A DNA stretch of 64,000 bases from K189A clade bacterium. Its GTDB lineage: Bacteria; Pseudomonadota; Gammaproteobacteria; Pseudomonadales; Azotimanducaceae. Location of the stretch: contig QXZU01000186.1 in NCBI GenBank assembly GCA_009886205.1, positions 24,043-88,042 of the forward strand, read 5' to 3'. How positions within the stretch are numbered: the first letter of the stretch is position 1; every line of letters begins with the position of its first letter. A program made the position numbers and the translations under genes. Positions 61,129 through 64,000 of this stretch are shown here, piece by piece. The notes beneath the pieces were generated by a model that saw only the letters and a program-made list of their open reading frames with translations, ran no database searches and was not told the origin of the DNA.

Positions 61129-62471
61129 AAATCTACCGCCAAACGTATGCCCGAGAACTGCCAACTGTCTGCGGGGTAAAAAAAGTTTCGATAACTGGCA
61201 CGAATATGTGAGGAGTCTGTAACGCATGACCCACCGCGTAACACCAACTGGCTGCTCATGAATTTGCCATTATATTCGCCGAGCACGCCTTCAAGGGGTT
61301 TGTAGCCGGGATAAGGGCCATAGGCACTTGAAGTCCACTCCCAAACATCACCAAAGAATTGTTCATTTGCAGCGTCACAGACCATTGGGTGAAAGCGGTT
61401 TGAGTCAGCAAAATTACCCGCCAGCGCCTTCCCGCTGGCCGCCCACTCCCACTCAAACTCTGTGGGTAGGCGCGCACCAGCCCAACTGGCATAAGCCATT
61501 GCTTCATACCCACTGACATGAGTGACCGGCGCGTCTAATTCCAGCGGGTGCAAACCATCCATACGATATTCAGACCAACCACCATGTCCAGTTTGATGCC
61601 AATAAAGCGGGCGATGCCGAGGGTTTTCTTGCAAAGCGGCCCAACCTTGAGCTAACCATAAATCAGCGCGCTGGTAGCCACCATCGTGCATAAACTGTAA
61701 ATATTCACCGTTGCTGACAAGTCTGTTGGCAATACCAAAAGGCCCTAAGAAGCTTTTATGTCTGGGGTATTCGTTATCGAAGGCGAAATCAGAGACTGCG
61801 CCAATGTCCACTAAACCGGGATTGTGGTCACTAAAAGCTATCTCCCTTAGCGGCCCAGGCGGGTCCATGCAAAGCGGGGTGGAAGATTCTTGATCACTCT
61901 TGTGCAACGTCTCGTGATATTTGGGAAATAAAGGGTTATGGCCCAAGTTATATTTTATATCGGTTAGCAACAGTTCTTGGTGTTGCTGCTCGTGATGCAG
62001 CCCCAGTTCCAAAATTTGCGCAATCTCAGACGCAGCTTGGTCGCCAAACTCCCCTTCATCAATCAGCGTTAAAAGGGCTTCGTCGATGTTTGACCTATAG
62101 GCATAAATTTCTGCAACGGTTGGCCGCGATAAGCTGCCTCTCTTTAGGCGCGGGAAGGGGTTGCCCACGCCATTGTAGTAAGAATTAAAAAGATGCTCGA
62201 AGGCTGGGTTATAGGAAGCGTAGTTAGCTGCGTACGTTTGTAAAAGAAACGTTTCAAAAAACCATGTGATATGGGCCAAATGCCACTTTGGGGGGCTGGC
62301 GTCTGCCATAGGCTGCACGCCAAAGTCTTCTATTTGCAACGGTTGGCATAAATCCAATGATCTGTGCCGGACATCTTTGTAACGCCGGGCCAACGCTTCT
62401 AGCTCGTTATCTAAAGCAGCGCGGTCCAACTTACCTGAATCAGTCTGATAGGACTGGAACCGCGAATGCAT
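61125..62471 (-). CDS. egtB: Ergothioneine biosynthesis sulfoxide synthase EgtB
   Basis: DASPPKWHLAHITWFFE, LFNSYY, HHEQQHQELLLTD (Fe His ligands) and FGE-sulfatase domain RLPTEFEWE...YRNFF...WQFSG. Confidence 0.9.
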   Translation of the reverse strand: MHSRFQSYQTDSGKLDRAALDNELEALARRYKDVRHRSLDLCQPLQIEDFGVQPMADASPPKWHLAHITWFFETFLLQTYAANYASYNPAFEHLFNSYYNGVGNPFPRLKRGSLSRPTVAEIYAYRSNIDEALLTLIDEGEFGDQAASEIAQILELGLHHEQQHQELLLTDIKYNLGHNPLFPKYHETLHKSDQESSTPLCMDPPGPLREIAFSDHNPGLVDIGAVSDFAFDNEYPRHKSFLGPFGIANRLVSNGEYLQFMHDGGYQRADLWLAQGWAALQENPRHRPLYWHQTGHGGWSEYRMDGLHPLELDAPVTHVSGYEAMAYASWAGARLPTEFEWEWAASGKALAGNFADSNRFHPMVCDAANEQFFGDVWEWTSSAYGPYPGYKPLEGVLGEYNGKFMSSQLVLRGGSCVTDSSHIRASYRNFFYPADSWQFSGIRLAVDL

Positions 62472-62478
62472 ATAAATC

Positions 62479-63138
62479 CTAAAATTGAGCGTCTAGCGTC
62501 TGATAGCTAAGCCTAATCGTCTCGGCCTTGTGAGGCAACTTGATGAAACCATGATAGTGGCCACGAGGATTTATAATCACAATGTTGCCAGTGTGGTCCA
62601 CGGTGTAACCTTGCGCGTCTGAACCGGGTACCGGAGAACGTAACGGCACCTTGGCAAATGCTACGTTTACTTGATCAGTGAACTTCACCAAATCAGCTCG
62701 CTCGCCCCGAACACCTAAGAAGCTCGAAGAGAACGCTCCTACATATTGGCCTAAACGCTCTAACGTATCAGCATCGGGATCCACTGACACTAAACGTACT
62801 TTGAAGCGCTCAGCCAATCGGGGGTCTTGTTGTTTTAGCTGATTTTCGACCTGGCCGAGCACCGAAAGTGACGTTGGGCAAACATCAGGGCAATTGGTAA
62901 AACCAAAAAATATAAAACTCCAGTGGCCCTCTAAACTCTGACGGTTAAATACGGCGCCTGTATGGTCAAGCAATTCGAACGGGCCAATGTCTCTAGGCGT
63001 GGGCAGAATGAAAACACCCTGAGTGCGCATCTCATCCGCTGAAAGCTCGGGCACTCGCAGTTTGCTGAAGAAGAACATGACCAATACGATGGAAATAAAG
63101 ACAACACACAAACCAACTGTAGACTTAATACTTTGCAT
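62479..63138 (-). CDS. SCO family copper chaperone
   Basis: FGFTNCPDVCP (CxxxC), SVDPDAD and YTVDHTG motifs; N-terminal TM. Confidence 0.93.
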   Translation of the reverse strand: MQSIKSTVGLCVVFISIVLVMFFFSKLRVPELSADEMRTQGVFILPTPRDIGPFELLDHTGAVFNRQSLEGHWSFIFFGFTNCPDVCPTSLSVLGQVENQLKQQDPRLAERFKVRLVSVDPDADTLERLGQYVGAFSSSFLGVRGERADLVKFTDQVNVAFAKVPLRSPVPGSDAQGYTVDHTGNIVIINPRGHYHGFIKLPHKAETIRLSYQTLDAQF

Positions 63139-64000
63139 TAGACCGTCACTCGTTGCAGTTCTATAGGGGCAATGTCTATGCCTTGCACCAACAAATAGTG
63201 GTCTAGCAATAAAACTAAAAACAGCGCACCCAAATAAACTATTGAGTAACGAAAAGTTTCCATTGGCGCGCGTGGGTTGTTATTGCGCATCAGCACAATA
63301 GCCCAGTACAAAAATCCACCACCTAGAGCTAACGCACCGGCAAGATAAAGTGGCCCTGACATACCAATCAAGTAGGGCAAAATTGTGCAGAGTACTAACA
63401 GAATTGTGTATAGCAAAATGTGCAGCCGAGTGTACGCCTCACCATGCGTTACAGGCAGCATTGGCATACCTACTTCTGCGTATTCGTCCTTGCGCTCAAG
63501 GGCTAAGGCCCAAAAGTGCGGCGGGGTCCAAACAAAAATGATCAGTACTAAGAGCAAACCGCCGGGATCAATACTATTCGTTACAGCAGTCCATCCAAAC
63601 AGCGGGGGTGCTGCGCCAAACAATCCACCAATGACGATATTTTGCGGTGTGGCTCGCTTCAAAAAGAATGTATAAATCAATCCATAGCCAACCCAAGAGG
63701 CAAGGTTAAGCCACGCGGTTAATGGGTTGATCAGGAACCAGAGCATGCCCAGTCCGATTATCCCGGTAACGGCAGAAAAGATGATCGCGTCGCGATTAGA
63801 CACCCTGCCGGTAGCCACGGGGCGACTCTGAGTACGCGCCATGCGTGAATCGATATGGGCATCAGCAATGTGATTAACCACGGCGGCAGAGCCTGCCACC
63901 AGTGCTATTCCGATGTTGCCGTAAATCAAAACGTCTAAAGGTACGACGCTAGATGTAGCAAGGAACATTCCCGCAACTGAACAGATCAACATGAGTAAAA
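63138..64000 (-). CDS. cyoE: Heme o synthase (protoheme IX farnesyltransferase), 5'-partial
   Basis: DSRMARTQSRP, KRATPQNIVIGG, WTPPHFWAL and EYAEVGMPMLPV motifs; frame runs off the window end. Confidence 0.95.
   Translation of the reverse strand, partial: LLMLICSVAGMFLATSSVVPLDVLIYGNIGIALVAGSAAVVNHIADAHIDSRMARTQSRPVATGRVSNRDAIIFSAVTGIIGLGMLWFLINPLTAWLNLASWVGYGLIYTFFLKRATPQNIVIGGLFGAAPPLFGWTAVTNSIDPGGLLLVLIIFVWTPPHFWALALERKDEYAEVGMPMLPVTHGEAYTRLHILLYTILLVLCTILPYLIGMSGPLYLAGALALGGGFLYWAIVLMRNNNPRAPMETFRYSIVYLGALFLVLLLDHYLLVQGIDIAPIELQRVTV

Overview
The window is 64 kb of chromosomal DNA from a Gammaproteobacterium. Gene order and content (algZ-algR-hemCDXY, argH-lptM-lysA-dapF-DUF484-xerC-yigB, amtB-glnK/ubiK-comM, dsbA-c4/yihA-polA) suggest a marine Pseudomonadales/Cellvibrionales-like lineage; this placement is inference. 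About 1-33 kb and 54-64 kb are core housekeeping genes. About 33.4-53.8 kb is an accessory-looking block of hydrolases, oxidoreductases and c-type cytochromes. I found no tRNA/rRNA, CRISPR array, prophage, IS element or clear defence system. Most notable observations: (1) a single-ORF lipoprotein fusing an intact pectin-acetylesterase/Notum-like serine esterase to an intact subclass-B3 metallo-beta-lactamase domain; (2) matching sigma54 promoter plus paired NtrC-box architecture upstream of both glnK-amtB and a TorF-family porin; (3) egtB-egtD directly appended to the cyoE-sco oxidase-assembly operon; (4) F420-type LLM and split-barrel proteins; (5) a small lipoprotein gene (lptM) missed by the ORF track and a probable ATC start for tesB; (6) recurrent short tandem duplications in intergenic spacers. 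All family calls come from motif recognition by eye, with no database search.
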